Assembly (NCBI RefSeq): GCF_026210795.1
Contig: NC_089436.1
Coordinates: forward strand, 1,550,001 to 1,614,000
From: Rhizophagus irregularis
Taxonomy: Eukaryota
Direction of reading: 5' to 3'
DNA: 64,000 bases
Below, one piece after another: positions 38,967 through 52,552 of this stretch. The first letter of the stretch is position 1, and the number at the start of each line of letters is the position of its first letter. Both the position numbers and the translations under genes were made by a program. The notes beneath the pieces were generated by a model. It was not told the origin of the DNA and did not search any database. It worked only from the letters and a program-made list of their open reading frames with translations.

Positions 38967-39487
38967 GTAAAATAATTTAAAAAAAAAAGATCAAGGGAAG
39001 AGAAGAGAAATATGTAAATATTATCTATATATTTTTTTTTTTGTTATATAAAAAATTTATGTGAATAATCAAATTGTATAATAATATTATTGGACATTAT
39101 TTATACGGTATTTTACATATTTTTGTCACTATTTTTTTTTTTTTTTTTTTGTTATTAGTAAATATATCAGATATATAAATAAAAAAAAATTGTAAATATC
39201 GAAATATAGTTTTAAATTATTAGTTTGTAATATATTTAAATAATAATAAAGTTTACATTCATATTAACCCATGTATGTATAATAATGGGATTTAAAAATT
39301 TTTAAATTTATTCGATATCTTTTTAATTCCTAATTAAGTTAAAAATAAATTAAAATTCATTGTCCAAACTCCGAAGTGCTTATATTGTTGTACATTATCA
39401 CGTGCCGGTGAAACTATAAGTCAGTTGCGTAAACGATCGTCTGATTTTGATTTCTACCTAATCGTACTATTTTTTTAACGAACCATC

Positions 39488-40600
39488 ATGACTTTTAACA
39501 CTAAACTGGTTGATTTATTGAGAGGATCTTTATGTAAATGCTTTTCCAGTTGAAATTGATTCTACAAGGGTATTGGTACCCTTAAGACAACTATCAAGAA
39601 TAATGCGTAAACATCAATGGTCTATATTCGTAGGCATTAATCGAGTTAATTGAGGAAAGTCATTATGGACCAAATGATCCAGCTTATAATGGTTGTACAA
39701 AGCAAAGGATCTTAACTATTCAAAGTCAATATTCACCTTGGAGATATCATAGACGAGAATATTGTTTTGTATCCAAGCTGATCTTAATAATACTTATTGG
39801 TCTGGAAATGAAAAACCTACAAAATTAGCGATAATGAGCAACCAGTACATATTCTCCATGCAACTTCCCATTGTTAAGTCATAAAAAATTTAGTTCAATA
39901 TGATATATGACAAAGATTATGGTTCCAGAATAAGATGAGCTTTTTAAGAGGATGGATTGTTGAAATTTGGTTTTGGAGATAAGATAATAAACTGGCCAAA
40001 AAGCTGCAATGTCTAAAAAAAAAAGAAACATTAATATTATTATTTTGCATCTGAATCTTGTACTTAAAGTAATCCACCTTTTTAGCGATGGCGCCTCACT
40101 CTCCAAAGGAGCAATGTATTGTAGATCCAGAAATATTTGCTTCCATCCAACATCAAGGAAGTAGAATTACCTAATTACATTTTGAAATTTTATTAACGGA
40201 TATTAACGATAAAGATATTCATGAAGAGATACCAAAAGAACTACAAATTCAATATCTTTCAGACTCGTCAAAAGAGTCTGACGGTGATATCAACGGAATC
40301 GTATACGGTCTCCATCACCAGCTTTTTTGTGCAACTACAGTAAAATACAAGAATAAGATCAAGGTTGTAATTTTCCTCGTTGATACTGGGTCTACATAAC
40401 CTATATCAGCGAGGAAGCATTAAACGTGTTTGGCATATTATTAGAGCAAATTCAAATTAATAGTAGACGAGTGATGATTTTGATGTTGCATTCGCACTTT
40501 AAGGAAATTGGTGTTATGAGGATGGAGTTTTGATGTTAAATGCAGATCTACATGTTTGTAATAGTAACTTTTTCTTAAATTTTAATCCAATCTGTCACAG
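39488..40600 (+). pseudogene. Degraded gene with Crinkler-like N-terminus and retropepsin-like C-terminus
   Basis: ...TLNWLIY*EDLYVNAFPVEIDS... near 39500; KVVIFLVDTGS, then a frameshift to TYISEEALNVFG near 40360-40435; many stops. Confidence 0.45.
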
Positions 40601-41431
40601 TAGACTTTAAAAATAATCATGTTCTTTTTTTAATGTAATATAATTTATATTTGATTTTTTAATGTAATTTAACATCTGCAACTTAAATAAATAAAAATTA
40701 TATATATCATATACATGCCAATTAGGCGAAATTTTATTTATTTTCATTGATAAAGGGCAAACTAAGTAAAACGAAAAAAATGATAGAAGTAGAGTTCAAG
40801 AAAGGAATTTGCCACCACAATCACATGCCTTATTTTTTTGGTAAGATTATCATTAATTTCAAGAAAAGCTCATTAGCGATTTTATTATCACGTGCAGAAA
40901 GGTCATTGGAAAATTGGTTACTGATAACATAAATCAAGAAATATATGCAAGAGTCGAAAATGTGAAGTCTTCAAAGTTGCTCCACAAGGCGTTATTTGCA
41001 ACATAAGTGCAGGCATAATTTCAGATAAAAAAAAATAGGTTCAGGTATGATAGATCAGTTTTATGTTATTTTTTTACGATTTATTAGTATGATTTATCAT
41101 AAAGTGATGGGCCAATTATTTTATATTCTAACCATTAATATAATATTAAGAAAAGAAATTAAAAATCAATTGATTATAAAAATCGTAAGAATTGAAACTA
41201 TTAACAAAACATGGTAAAACAATATAATATAGTGATGGCTCAGAACTGATATTTATTTATTAAAAAATTTGTCAATTATATTAATTTAAAAATTGTAATG
41301 ATAATTTAAAAATTTGGTAATGATAAATATATAAAAAAAATCAGATTTCTGAATTCTTTTTAATAGGAAAATTGAAATTATATTTAAAGAAAAAAACTAA
41401 ATTATAAGTAAAATCTTTAGATTTAATAAAT

Positions 41432-41608
41432 TATTGTCCGGAGCGAAAGCGAAGGAACTATACGTTTATGAACGTTAATCACATTATTTATTCACAGTAT
41501 TGAAATCCATGCTTACGTCACTGAAATTTGTGCTACATCGATAAATAAAAAATTTAAAAATAGATGTTACAACAAAATTTTATCGCTCCACGTTTTCCGT
41601 TTCCTAGT
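41432..41608 (+). mobile_element. Short degenerate copy of the Helentron-like element at 59498-60735
   Basis: 5' TTATTGTCCGGAGCGAAAGCGAAGGAACTA and 3' GCTCCACGTTTTCCGTTTCCTAGTT match the two ends of the longer copy. Confidence 0.55.
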
Positions 41609-41859
41609 TATCGCCGTTTTCAAAATGATGTACACAGTTAAATTTGAATAAAAAAAAAGAAAACTGAAATTGGTTGAAAACTGGACAAAATATGGAGTCA
41701 AAAGGGAGGAGAATCGTCCCAGAGTGCTAACAATCGCTTGGAAATCAAAACGTCAGAGAGGTAAAGAAAATTTCATTTGGAGCAACATTAATGGTTATAC
41801 GACAACCAAAGTAAAATTATTGAATCTACGACAGAAGTTCGACTTGATGAACCAGGCAA

Positions 41860-42780
41860 CCAGCGCATGCTTCCACGGGATATGAACAGGGATCTATTGA
41901 TGAAAATGGAAGACTGAGATCACGGCAATTGTGTCGAAATGAACGCGTAGCTCCTCCTATCACTGTGGAGGCTATATCGTCCTACAGCATTAACAATCTC
42001 ATTGAAATCAGAGTGCCAGAGACACCGTCAGAGAGTGAAAAAGGTTTCGTTTGAAGCATCAATGGTAGGTTTTACAACAACCAAATAAGGGATAGTGAGA
42101 AACTGACAGATGTTCAACTCAAAGAACCAGCGCATATTTCTGAATAGGAATCTGTTGATGAATGTAGAACCCTGGGTTATGGCAACTGTGCAGAAATCAA
42201 TGCGGTACTTCAGATACTCCCGTGGAAGGAAGATCTTCCCATAAGGATGCGCACAATTTTAACAGAAATCAACAAATGAGGGAGTCATGCAAGAATTGTT
42301 GGCTGATGATGCAATACAATGCGAACACACGCTTCTTAACTTGCTGAAAAGTAAATATCCATTCCGTGAAGAAACAAACCAAAATATTCTGTATGATTAT
42401 GAAATTCGTAGACTTGCTGACTTTTATAATATTACTGATTTTTATCCTGTTCTGGCATGTTATGATATAATTTTTCTGGTTAAAAGGCCTTGATGGTGCC
42501 ATCTACATGTGGTCTCGTACAGATGAATCGATGATATTTGGAGGACATAATTTGAAAGAGGCTCTGGAAAATTATCTTTTCATCAAGAAAATCTTTGCTA
42601 CATTTAAGATTACATCCATGAACTTATACAATGAAAAAAAAAGCTGATAAGTGGTACGAAAAGAATGAAAAAACTAGTGACCGATGAGTTACTAAAGTCG
42701 ATAAAATTAAATAAAAAAGAAAGGGTCAAAAAAAGGCGAGAAACAAAAGAAGCGGCAAAACAAGAATAAAAGAAACATTA
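41860..42780 (+). pseudogene. Degraded gene(s): duplicated GNC(A/V)E segment followed by a SUKH/US22-like region
   Basis: Two related segments near 41860-41975 and 42125-42230, then LKSKYPF...DGAIYMWSRTDESMIFGGHNLKEALENYLFH; frameshifts and stops. Confidence 0.35.
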
Positions 42781-43859
42781 ATGCAGAAATTATTACCATT
42801 TATTTTATATAGTCGTTTATAGTGTTCGCTTTATTTAGTTTTCTTTTAATTAATTCTTTTAATTAATGTATCTGAGAATAATAAAGATATATGCGAATTT
42901 AACTTACATTTGCTAAATATGGCGAAAATTTTATGTAATATACATATTAGCAGCGATCCTTAAGAAAAATTGAATGAAATATATGACATGCTTTCAAGGG
43001 AGGGAGTACGCGTATCCTAGACCATTTAATACGAGTCCCTGCGCCATGTTAAATCGTATTACTATCTACTACTGCTACTATTATTATCGCAAACAAACCG
43101 ATGTCTTCCTTGGTGTCCTTTGGTGTCGATATTGTGGCGAGACTAAGGCCAATCTCATTTGCGTAGGATGCGTAGGAGATTTATTGCTTTTTTCCTCCTG
43201 TGATCGAAAATGGCCACGAACTCGTGCCAGTACATTTCAATCTTTTCAATGTAAACAGAGCGATGTCTTATGGATACGAACTTGCGGAGGAAAGTCGGTC
43301 GGAACTTGGAACCGGCTAGAAAAGAATATAAAATCCCGCTTTCTCCTGTACCCAAGAATTTGTGTAATAAAAGTTCGATACGATATTGCGCCAGATACCG
43401 AGAATTCGACGTATGAAGCAGAAGCAGAAAACAGTAGAATGTGCAACTGAAACACGTGTATTTATTTTCTCAGCAAATATCAGTAACACATCCGCTTTGT
43501 ACAGCCGAATTGTTTTCTGGTATCTGTTCCAAGGACAGTAGCTTGATCGTGACATTTTGTTGTTCACGCACACGTGATTTTTTTTATTTGATTTAACTTG
43601 ATAGTCGTAGTAATTTGAAATTAATCACTTTTGGTAATAAAAAATTTTATTAATACATGCGAAAAATAAATATAAAGGTTTAGGACTTGCCCGAGATACA
43701 TGACGTCTATGCTAATGTCTAATGTATAACCCTACAATCTAACTAACCACCTGACATTTACGTGACCTGGAAATTCACCCCGCCTTCTTTACGAAATGTC
43801 TATTAAATACACATTTATTAATGATAAGAAACTAGGATTACAGGAAATCGTAATACGGG

Positions 43860-45320
43860 AATTTGTGAAATAATAAATCCTTACGATAATTTAAGCTGTT
43901 CCTCGTCGAAAAGGTTTCTCTTCTTTTTTACGTCTGCCCGACTTGCATTCCGAAGTCAATCAGTCACCTTATCGTTAATTAAGATGTTTTCCTCCCAAAT
44001 GTCATTGTGGAGTATGCCATGCTTGTGGATTGCTTCTAATACCTTTGCCGTTTCGTTATTTTATGCTTTTAAATCTCGACTTCTTTTTGCATTTCTATAC
44101 GGTGGGCATTCGATAAGTCTACACTCTTCAAAGCAATCGTATCGCCACGAAATTCGCATAGGAGCGTTTTTCCACTTCGTCCTTTACCTAGTATTCTCTT
44201 AAACTTGAAGTCCGTGAAGCTAAAATTTTGCTAGTCTACAGGGGCGTTAGAAGATGATTGTTGATTGCCGGAAGTTTGTTGTTGACTTAATGAGGAACTG
44301 GAAGTTAACTTTGAGTGTGATCGAAGAGTACGTGAATTATTGTCTCCGTGAGCCGGTACTAGTACTAGATGATGAGGGGATTTAGGATTCTCTTTTGCCT
44401 TGCGAGTTAGACAAGCATATGCTTTGAGTACCGATGGAGAATAGAAGAGTTTTTGAGATCCAGAGCTCCGATATGCTCTCGGCGTAGAAACCAGTGATCA
44501 ATCATAGGTGGTAAGAATACCATATCTAAACTCGTTTTCTCTCATATAATTATAGATTTGTTAAACTACATCTTTGCCTTTACTTGTATGATAAAACTCG
44601 GGAAATGTCTGTTCGCCCATATCTTCTAAAACATGCTTTCTTTTAAAACATGCTTTCTTTTAGCCCCGATCACCAAGATCAATAATTCCGCACGATGGCA
44701 GTTGAAATCTGGTACGTCAGTGGTATGAGTTGGTCGTCTTGAATATATGCAGTCTGGTCCCATGAGCCTATTTAATATCATATAAATATTGACGTCAATA
44801 GCAACACGAACAGCCTCCTCATTTATTACCATCTTATCTTGGATAAATTGTGGTCTCTTGAATCTCAGCTATTGATCGAAGCGGAACAAGTACACTTGTC
44901 GGTGAGCCGCCATTAACCTTCGTATTGGACTTTGATATAGTACATTACGGAGAATACGTGATGGGTGGTGGAATACACAACGCTTCTTCCAAGCTGAGAA
45001 CTGGAACCGAATACGTGTTAATTTTACGAGAGCAAATGACGAAAAATTTCATATTGTACCAGATACTTACGTGGCAATTTTACGATATATGGATATGCTC
45101 CTCTGGAGGAGTGACGAAAGTACTTCGAATCTTTTTTGTTGCAAGGAGTTCGTCCTGGTCTTGGAGTGAAAGATTACTCAGCGGATCCACTAATTTCCAC
45201 CTTCCATGACTTAATGATTTTGGTTGGAACGCTATCGGAAAAATGGCTTTTTGTTCTCTTTAATTACCTCCTTGAGGTGACTGACTAACTTTCCACTATC
45301 AATATCGATAGCGAAAGCAT
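43860..45320 (-). pseudogene. Degraded protein-kinase-like gene
   Basis: Minus strand near 44040-43940 reads VLEAIHKHGILHNDIWEENILIND, then a frameshift to LIDFG (catalytic loop and DFG). Limits approximate. Confidence 0.65.
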
Positions 45321-48300
45321 TCGCGGTTGTATTACCTTTGACGAGAGTAAAGTGATAGACATAGCAACTTATATATGTTTTTTTTATGAAATGCTATTGG
45401 TGCAAAGTGCCATATATGAGGAAAAATTTTTTATTTGCGAAAAAAAAGGGCGTACAGTAAGGGTGTACGATATTACTGGCCCGAGTTTAGGAGTTATGCA
45501 CTTGCACGTGATAGCGTTAACGTTAATTCCGGCCAGTTGATTTGCCGTGTGGCATCGGCAGGTGTCGTTTTATGCTATTATTCAGGGTAGTGATTGGTCC
45601 AACTTGAAGAAATCCCATTAACTTAAATGCAAATCAAATTAATTTAATCTGATTTAACTTGAATTAAATCAAATTTCTTTTAAATTTCAGATCAGATTAA
45701 TTTGATCTATATAAAACCTTACATTTAATAATTCAATTTAATAAATTTTTTTAATTTATAGTTCTTATTATACTATATAAAATAAAAAAATTTATTAAAA
45801 TTGGATTATTCTAAAATAATTGTAAGTACCTTTTTTTGCAATTATATAATTAATAAAATTGATAAAAATGCTTATTTTTGCAAACCTTATAATAATCTTT
45901 TTTACGTGTTTAAAAAATATTTTTTATTTTTTAAAGAAATAACTATGCTAAAAAAAAATATTTTTACATTAATACCATTTGTTTCTTTAATAGATGCAAA
46001 AGGTTTCTTTTATACTTACCATACTTACCACATTTTTATTTTAAAGCTAAAATTTGTTTTTTATAAAGCTATTTATTAATATAAAATTTAAATAATAATA
46101 TTAATAAGAAAAAAAATTAATAAAAAAATATAATTTTAGTATTTTATAGTAATTGTGTAATTTTTGATTTTTAGAGGTATTTATAGAATGCTTATTTTTA
46201 ATTTTTATAAATACTATCGCAAAAAGATACTTATTTTTATAATTTTACAGTATTAATGAATTATTATATATATTATATAAGGATTTTATTTTTTATTTTA
46301 TCTGTAATACATAATACATTGCATTTTAGTAAAATTATATAATGCTGGGCAAAATTAAAACATATGATATTTAATTAAAATGTGAAAAATAGATTTTTTA
46401 CAACTAAAAAAATTTTAAATTCTCAAAATACATATAAAAAATAAAAAAGAAGATGTAATACAGATAACAAAAAAAGGGTGTAATATATCACAAGTATAAT
46501 AAATTATAAAATCCATATATATATAATAAAATATAAAATTATACAATTATTTTCATATTTAATTATTCAATTTAAATAATTTTTTTCAATTTATAGTTTT
46601 TTTTTAAATAAAATAAAAAAAATTCATTAAAATTAGATTACTAAATATTAAAATAATTGCAAATTATATATAATTTATTAATAAAAAATGTAATATTTCT
46701 ATAAAAATTATATTGTAAATTCTGATTACAAAATCTAATTTTTTACCCTTATCAAATCAGCTGATTTCCAATACATTTTAAATAATTATATTTAATAATT
46801 AACAATAGTATAAATATAAAACTTTAAATAGTTTTAATTTAGTTTTATTTTTCAGTTTTTCTAATTAGTTGAAATCATTTTTATGCAATAATTTACTATC
46901 CAATGATCATAAAAAGATAATTTATAATTCATTAAAATCCTTTTATTAGGACTTTTTTAAATAATATTAAAATTATCTTTTTAGCATCAATAAATAGTAA
47001 AATAATTTTTTAAAAAAACTTTATAGCAATTTATTATTTATTAATACTAAAAAAAATGAGTTTGGTATCATTCAGATGCTTTTAATGAAAGGATTCTAAT
47101 AAGTTATAAATCATCTTTCTATAATTACTGAATGGCAAGTTATTGCATAAAGACAATTCTGACTAATCAGAAAATTAAAATAATTTGTTTTTTTATTTTT
47201 TATTTTTTTTTTAATGATTTATATATGCTTTATTGATATTAAGTTTATATACCATACAAACAAATTATCATAAGCTATATCCATCCAAAAGGATGCAGTC
47301 ATCAAAAATTAAATAATTTATTAAATTTAGATATTTAAATTATCTTTAACTAAAATGGATAATATAATAAAAATTATATCAGTATGATTCTAATGGAATA
47401 AATATTGGTTAAATTTTTTATAACTAAAAATTGTTTACTAAAAATAAAAAGGTTGGTGCTAAAAAATAAAAATTAATTTTTACATTTTAATATAACAAAA
47501 TTACTTATTATTAAAATTGGCTATTTCTACATTTCAATATGCTAAATTACTTTACATTAGTACCATTTATATATAGCTTAATAATTAATTAGCTTTTTCT
47601 TATATAAAGACTCTATATTATAAGAGGAGTAATTTATTAATAATTTTAGTATTATTATGATTAAAAATGTCATCTATAATAATAAAAAATTATTATTTTT
47701 CTTTGTAAAAGTAATTGTTATAAATATTTTTACTGGTAGTTATTATCTTACTTAGACTCAAACTACTTAAAAAAATAAAAGCAAATAAGTTATTTAACAT
47801 AAAAATAAAAGAAAAGTAATAGATAAGTTCAGTCTATATAGGAATACTAGCAATATTACAAGTTTTAGATGGAATGGAAAAGAGTTTTTAATTTGATATC
47901 AGAAATTGGTTTTTTTTTATAATAATACATAACCATGGCTATTATAATTTTATCATTATATTTCAGCATATGCAAAAATGTATTTTGCTATTTAATTGGT
48001 ATAACATAAATATCTTTCCTTTCATTTAATTCTACTTTTGTATAAAATTATAATTTTAAAAGTAATAAAATAAAAAAAAAATTAATATTTTATTCCTCAT
48101 TTTTTAATTATTTATATCATCTGATGACCATTTTTTTTTTAAAGTGCATCTTTAAAGTGGCGTCCAAAATAAAAAGAAAAATAAATGTTTATTTGTCTGA
48201 TAAAATGCGTACAAGTATTCTCATTCAAAAAAAAACTAAACTATATCGAGTACCGAGGGTTATATCGAATTACAGAAGAATAAGAATAGGACGCGCATGA

Positions 48301-49305
48301 GATCAGCATCTCATTAAATTGATCATTTTTTTAAATTACACAATTCGTTCTATGTAGATCCAATAGATAACTCATTTTTAATACTCTAAATAAGCCTTTA
48401 AATTACCCATGGATAAATTATTTCATCCTTTTAGGGTTGTAAATGATAACATGTGCGATGATTACTCGTGAAAACATTATTTGTGATACTAAATTTCGTC
48501 ATTAAACCTTTCATCTTTCGGAGAGAAAATCGCGTATCTTTATACGATTATTGTAAAGTTCTTGGCAATTTTATGAATTAGTCATTCATATTGTATAATT
48601 GGATTAATTTATTTTCATTAAATTTTATATGAGTTAAACTTAACAGTGATAAAAAGAATATGATAAATGATCACAATTCGCCAATCATTTTTTTTCTTTT
48701 ATTTGCTACGCCACGAAAATTTAAATTTTCTGCGCCACGAACACAAAATTGTTGCCAAGAAATTCGAATCTGCACAATTAATATCACCATCAAAAAAAAA
48801 AACTTTGTCCTTTTATATCGCGTTAATCACGTGAAATAGCTTGGCAAAAACCATCGAATTATTTATATTGGAGTCCTTTTTTTCTTTACACTAGTTTCCT
48901 TAATTGAACAACCTGCTTTTTTTAATATTGGCGTTAATAGGTCTACTTTTTTGCTTGGCATTATTAAATCATGTGATGCCAAGAACAAGTACTTATAGAA
49001 TCCATAAATCGCAAATGGAAAAATATATATTTTTTTTTTTTTTGGACGCTTGAAATTCAGATTAAAAATTTTTTTTAAAAAAAGAAATAGGAAGCAGTGA
49101 AATAATAATATCTTTCAAAATAATTTTACTCTTTAAGATATATGGTTTTTTTATTGAATGATTTTCGGTAGAACACGATTATATAAATGGTTTATTTTAG
49201 TACACTTATACCTTTAATGGATAATAATTCAATTTAAATAAAAAAAAAATTTCTTTTCTTTCAGTCGTAAATTTCAAATTTTTTCACATTAATATTAGTA
49301 AAGCT

Positions 49306-50190
49306 ATGTCACCATCGCCATTTGTTTTCATAACTTCAAAACCAACTTTATTTCCTTCAATCATTTTTAGTATCCTTTTCCTGCTTGCATCAAGCCTTCA
49401 CCTTTTTCGTATAATACAAACCCGACGTCGTGTCTACAAATTATTATTCATATTTAGTTTTTTAAGAACAGTATTATTTATTATACGGATTGCATGGTCA
49501 AAAAACCAAGATTCATTTGAACTTGCGATATCTTCTGGAATTTTCACTGCAGGCGCATTTTTCATAATAATTTTAGCAATATATATTCTTTTAGAGGATT
49601 GGATTCTTACCCTCTCAAATGCAATTCAAATTACGGATAGTAATTCAAATTCACAAAGGCGCTCAAAATTAACAAATTATGAACATTACACCTTAAAAAC
49701 GGCAGAATGCCTTCTTCCAGCATTTTCAGCATTATTCGTAGTAGGATCAATAAAAGAATTCAATACAGATATGTCTGACGAATTGGACACTTCAATAGAA
49801 AAAGGTGATACCATAATAAAATTTTCCATGATAAGTTTCTTAATTAGCGTATCACTTTATATGCTTCTTGTCACATATTTCGCAATAAAGTATAGTAATA
49901 TACCTATTCACAAACAATTAAAGGTTTTGGTATTATATATTGTTGGAGCTTTATTATTGATTGAGCTGGTTTACGGAACTTTTATGATTTTCTCTCCGCC
50001 TACCGATAAGATTAATAAGTATAGTTGGGTCTTTTATTTGTTCGAGTCACTTCCAGAGGTTTTAATTTTGGCTATTTTGGGGGGTGTTATTTTAGGTGAA
50101 TGGTTTTTTGAGGAAGAGAATATTGAATTGGTTGATAGCATTAAAACTGTTTCAATTGGGTCGATTGGGAATGGAAATGCAAGCGTCTGA
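49306..50190 (+). CDS. RTA1-like seven-transmembrane protein
   Basis: Intact single-exon 294-aa ORF with about 7 hydrophobic segments; FSFLRTVLFIIRIAW and FYLFESLPEV resemble fungal RTA1-type proteins. Confidence 0.72.
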   Translation: MSPSPFVFITSKPTLFPSIIFSILFLLASSLHLFRIIQTRRRVYKLLFIFSFLRTVLFIIRIAWSKNQDSFELAISSGIFTAGAFFIIILAIYILLEDWILTLSNAIQITDSNSNSQRRSKLTNYEHYTLKTAECLLPAFSALFVVGSIKEFNTDMSDELDTSIEKGDTIIKFSMISFLISVSLYMLLVTYFAIKYSNIPIHKQLKVLVLYIVGALLLIELVYGTFMIFSPPTDKINKYSWVFYLFESLPEVLILAILGGVILGEWFFEEENIELVDSIKTVSIGSIGNGNASV

Positions 50191-50894
50191 GTGAATATAT
50201 TTCATAAACAATTACATCGCTGGCGAATGTTAACGTCATCAAAAAGCGCACATACTGTAGATATAATTAACTTGAATACAAATAGACGAAAATTAAGGAG
50301 GAGGAATTTGACGCAGTAAATTTGATGCTGCGCTGGGCGCTGGTTACAATCAAATCGGGATGAACGACGTTAGAGTTGGCGAGATTAAAAGATAATAATA
50401 ATAAAGTATTTTCTGTCCTTCATTTATTTTGGAGGTTAAAATGTAAATGAAAACTACGTAATTACTACAGTTTTAAATACTACTTTTTTTGTAAATTTTT
50501 TCTTTTAGTATATTTTGTAGTTGAAAGATACCTAATCATGTAATAAATTTTCACATTCAAAATTTTCTTACACTTAAGCATAATAGAAAAAAAAAAATTG
50601 TATCAATAATCTAACTATATACGGAAAAACGGAAAAATGACCACCCATATCTACCATGTGATTTCAAATGATTATTTCAACGTGATCGAATAAAGTGGAA
50701 TTTCCTTGTAAATTTCAGGATGATCTATAATTACTGGTACGCACAGGATAATCGTTCTGGTCAAGGACTGTAGTCACGATGATTTTTTGATTCTACAGAT
50801 TTGATCGAAAAGGAGTGCAGTTTTTTGATCGAATCCTCGAATCTTAATGTCAGATTTGAACCAATAAAATAAACGTCTTCTGGACGCGTTGTAA

Positions 50895-50910
50895 AAAATC
50901 ACGTGATTTT
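50895..50910. promoter_or_regulatory. Palindromic E-box (AAAATCACGTGATTTT) upstream of the macrodomain gene
   Basis: TCACGTGA followed by TATAAA about 15 bp downstream. TCACGTGA also occurs at 33339 (between the ART pair) and 48827. Confidence 0.35.
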
Positions 50911-51234
50911 CTCGTATGTGTCATATAAAGGTAATTAGTTTTTTTAAAAAAAATCGATGTTGATTCATAATCTAACTTGATCTCAAAATTCTAATTTTCT
51001 TTTTTCTTTTATATTCGTAAAGGTAAAATATATACACTTTTCTGTTCAAAATAATTTTCAGCTATTTGGATATTAAAAATTAATAATTCATTACTAATAT
51101 AAAATATTCAGGCCAAATAACTTTTTTTAATGTACGATATTTTCGCACCTTGTCATTTTTTTTTTTTATTGTAAAGTTTGTATTATAATTGAGATACCTT
51201 CTAAAAAATTTTTTATTTGAATTGTATTATTTAG

Positions 51235-51771
51235 ATGTCTGATACAACTTATTCTTATCCCTCAACTCCCCCGCCGCAAGAAACCCCGGCTCCACCGCCA
51301 ACTCCTGCAACTCCATTATCATCGACAACATCAATTGAAAAATTTACTTTTACAGAACGACAAGGAGACTTATTCACTGATGCACCACCAACTGACGCGT
51401 TAGCTCATTGCGTATCTCAAGATCTTAGAATGGGTAAAGGTATCGCATATATTTTCAAGAAAAAATATGAAGGATTAAATGAATTGAAAGCTCAACAATG
51501 TAAAGTCGGTCAAGTTGCTTATCTTCAACGTGATAATCGTTATATTTTTTATTTAATTACTAAATATTATGTTTACGATAAACCTGATCGTAAAGAATTT
51601 GAAACAAGTTTGGTGGAATTGAGAAGGTTGTGTGAACAACTTGGTGTTAGAGGTTTAAGTGTTCCTCGGATTGGAACTGGATTGGATGGGTTATCTTTGA
51701 GTTATGTTAAAAGTGCTATTAACGAAGCCTTTGAAGGGAGTAATATCAAAGTTACTATGTTTTATTTGTAG
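51235..51771 (+). CDS. OARD1: TARG1/OARD1/Poa1-type macrodomain ADP-ribose glycohydrolase
   Basis: GDLF, LAHCVSQDLRMGKGIA..FKKKY, YLITK, PRIGTGLDGL; Pro-rich N-terminus; intact. Confidence 0.9.
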   Translation: MSDTTYSYPSTPPPQETPAPPPTPATPLSSTTSIEKFTFTERQGDLFTDAPPTDALAHCVSQDLRMGKGIAYIFKKKYEGLNELKAQQCKVGQVAYLQRDNRYIFYLITKYYVYDKPDRKEFETSLVELRRLCEQLGVRGLSVPRIGTGLDGLSLSYVKSAINEAFEGSNIKVTMFYL

Positions 51772-51991
51772 TATAATTTGGATGATTTCATTTTTCTTCT
51801 TATGTTCATATATATAAGCAATGATTCTTTATCATAATCTTTTAATCATAATTTGATCTTGAATAAATATTGTGCAAAGTAATTCAAATTCGAAACTTTA
51901 TTAACATTGTAGAATAAATAAACCTCTTGATGGAAAAAGTCAATTACTGACTCAGGAATAGCACGATTCAAGTAATATAATATTAATAATC

Positions 51992-52552
51992 TTATTCCCA
52001 ATAATCAGGATCATAATTTTCAATTAGTTTAGGATCAGCCTTATTTTGACTCTGCCATTCACTGATTCCACCTTGTAACACTTGAACTTTTTGATTAGTT
52101 CCCATGTTTTCTGTTACTTCTTTGAAAATTCTTGCACATTTTGGCCCACGAACTTGAGATAAAGCGCATGTGAAAACTATTCTAGGTACTAAATAACAGA
52201 AAGTAAGAAGATAAAGATTTATTTGATTAAATAAAAAATATTCTGATAGTTTACCTTGGTTGTATTTGGAAATAAGACCATCAACATCATCAAGAAATTT
52301 TGTAGAAGGGCTGTTAATGCTATTTGGTATATTACCTCCCTATTTTGAAGGAAGATTACAAAGAAAATAGATTGAGAAGAATCTTGTTGTTAAGAATTTT
52401 TGATATAAAAATATAATTTTAAATAACTGACAAGTATTTACTTCGTAATCATCATCTCTAACATCAACCACCAAATAATCTTTTCCAGGAACTTTAGTAG
52501 TATCTTTTATAATCTCAACTAATTCAGATGGTTTGATGAATTCGTCCGACAT
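51992..52552 (-). CDS. YCH1: Cdc25-like rhodanese-fold phosphatase/arsenate reductase (Ibp1/Ych1/Acr2 family); exons 52552-52442, 52339-52255, 52188-51992
   Basis: YLVVDVRDDDYE|GGNIPNSINSP...|VPRIVFTCALSQVRGPKCA...LQGGISEW...ENYDPDYWE*; CX5R loop; possible in-frame upstream ATG at 52756. Confidence 0.88.

Noticed and set aside
42974..43573. Overlapping ORFs on both strands
   Set aside because: Possibly a decayed gene, but no motif or strand could be supported.
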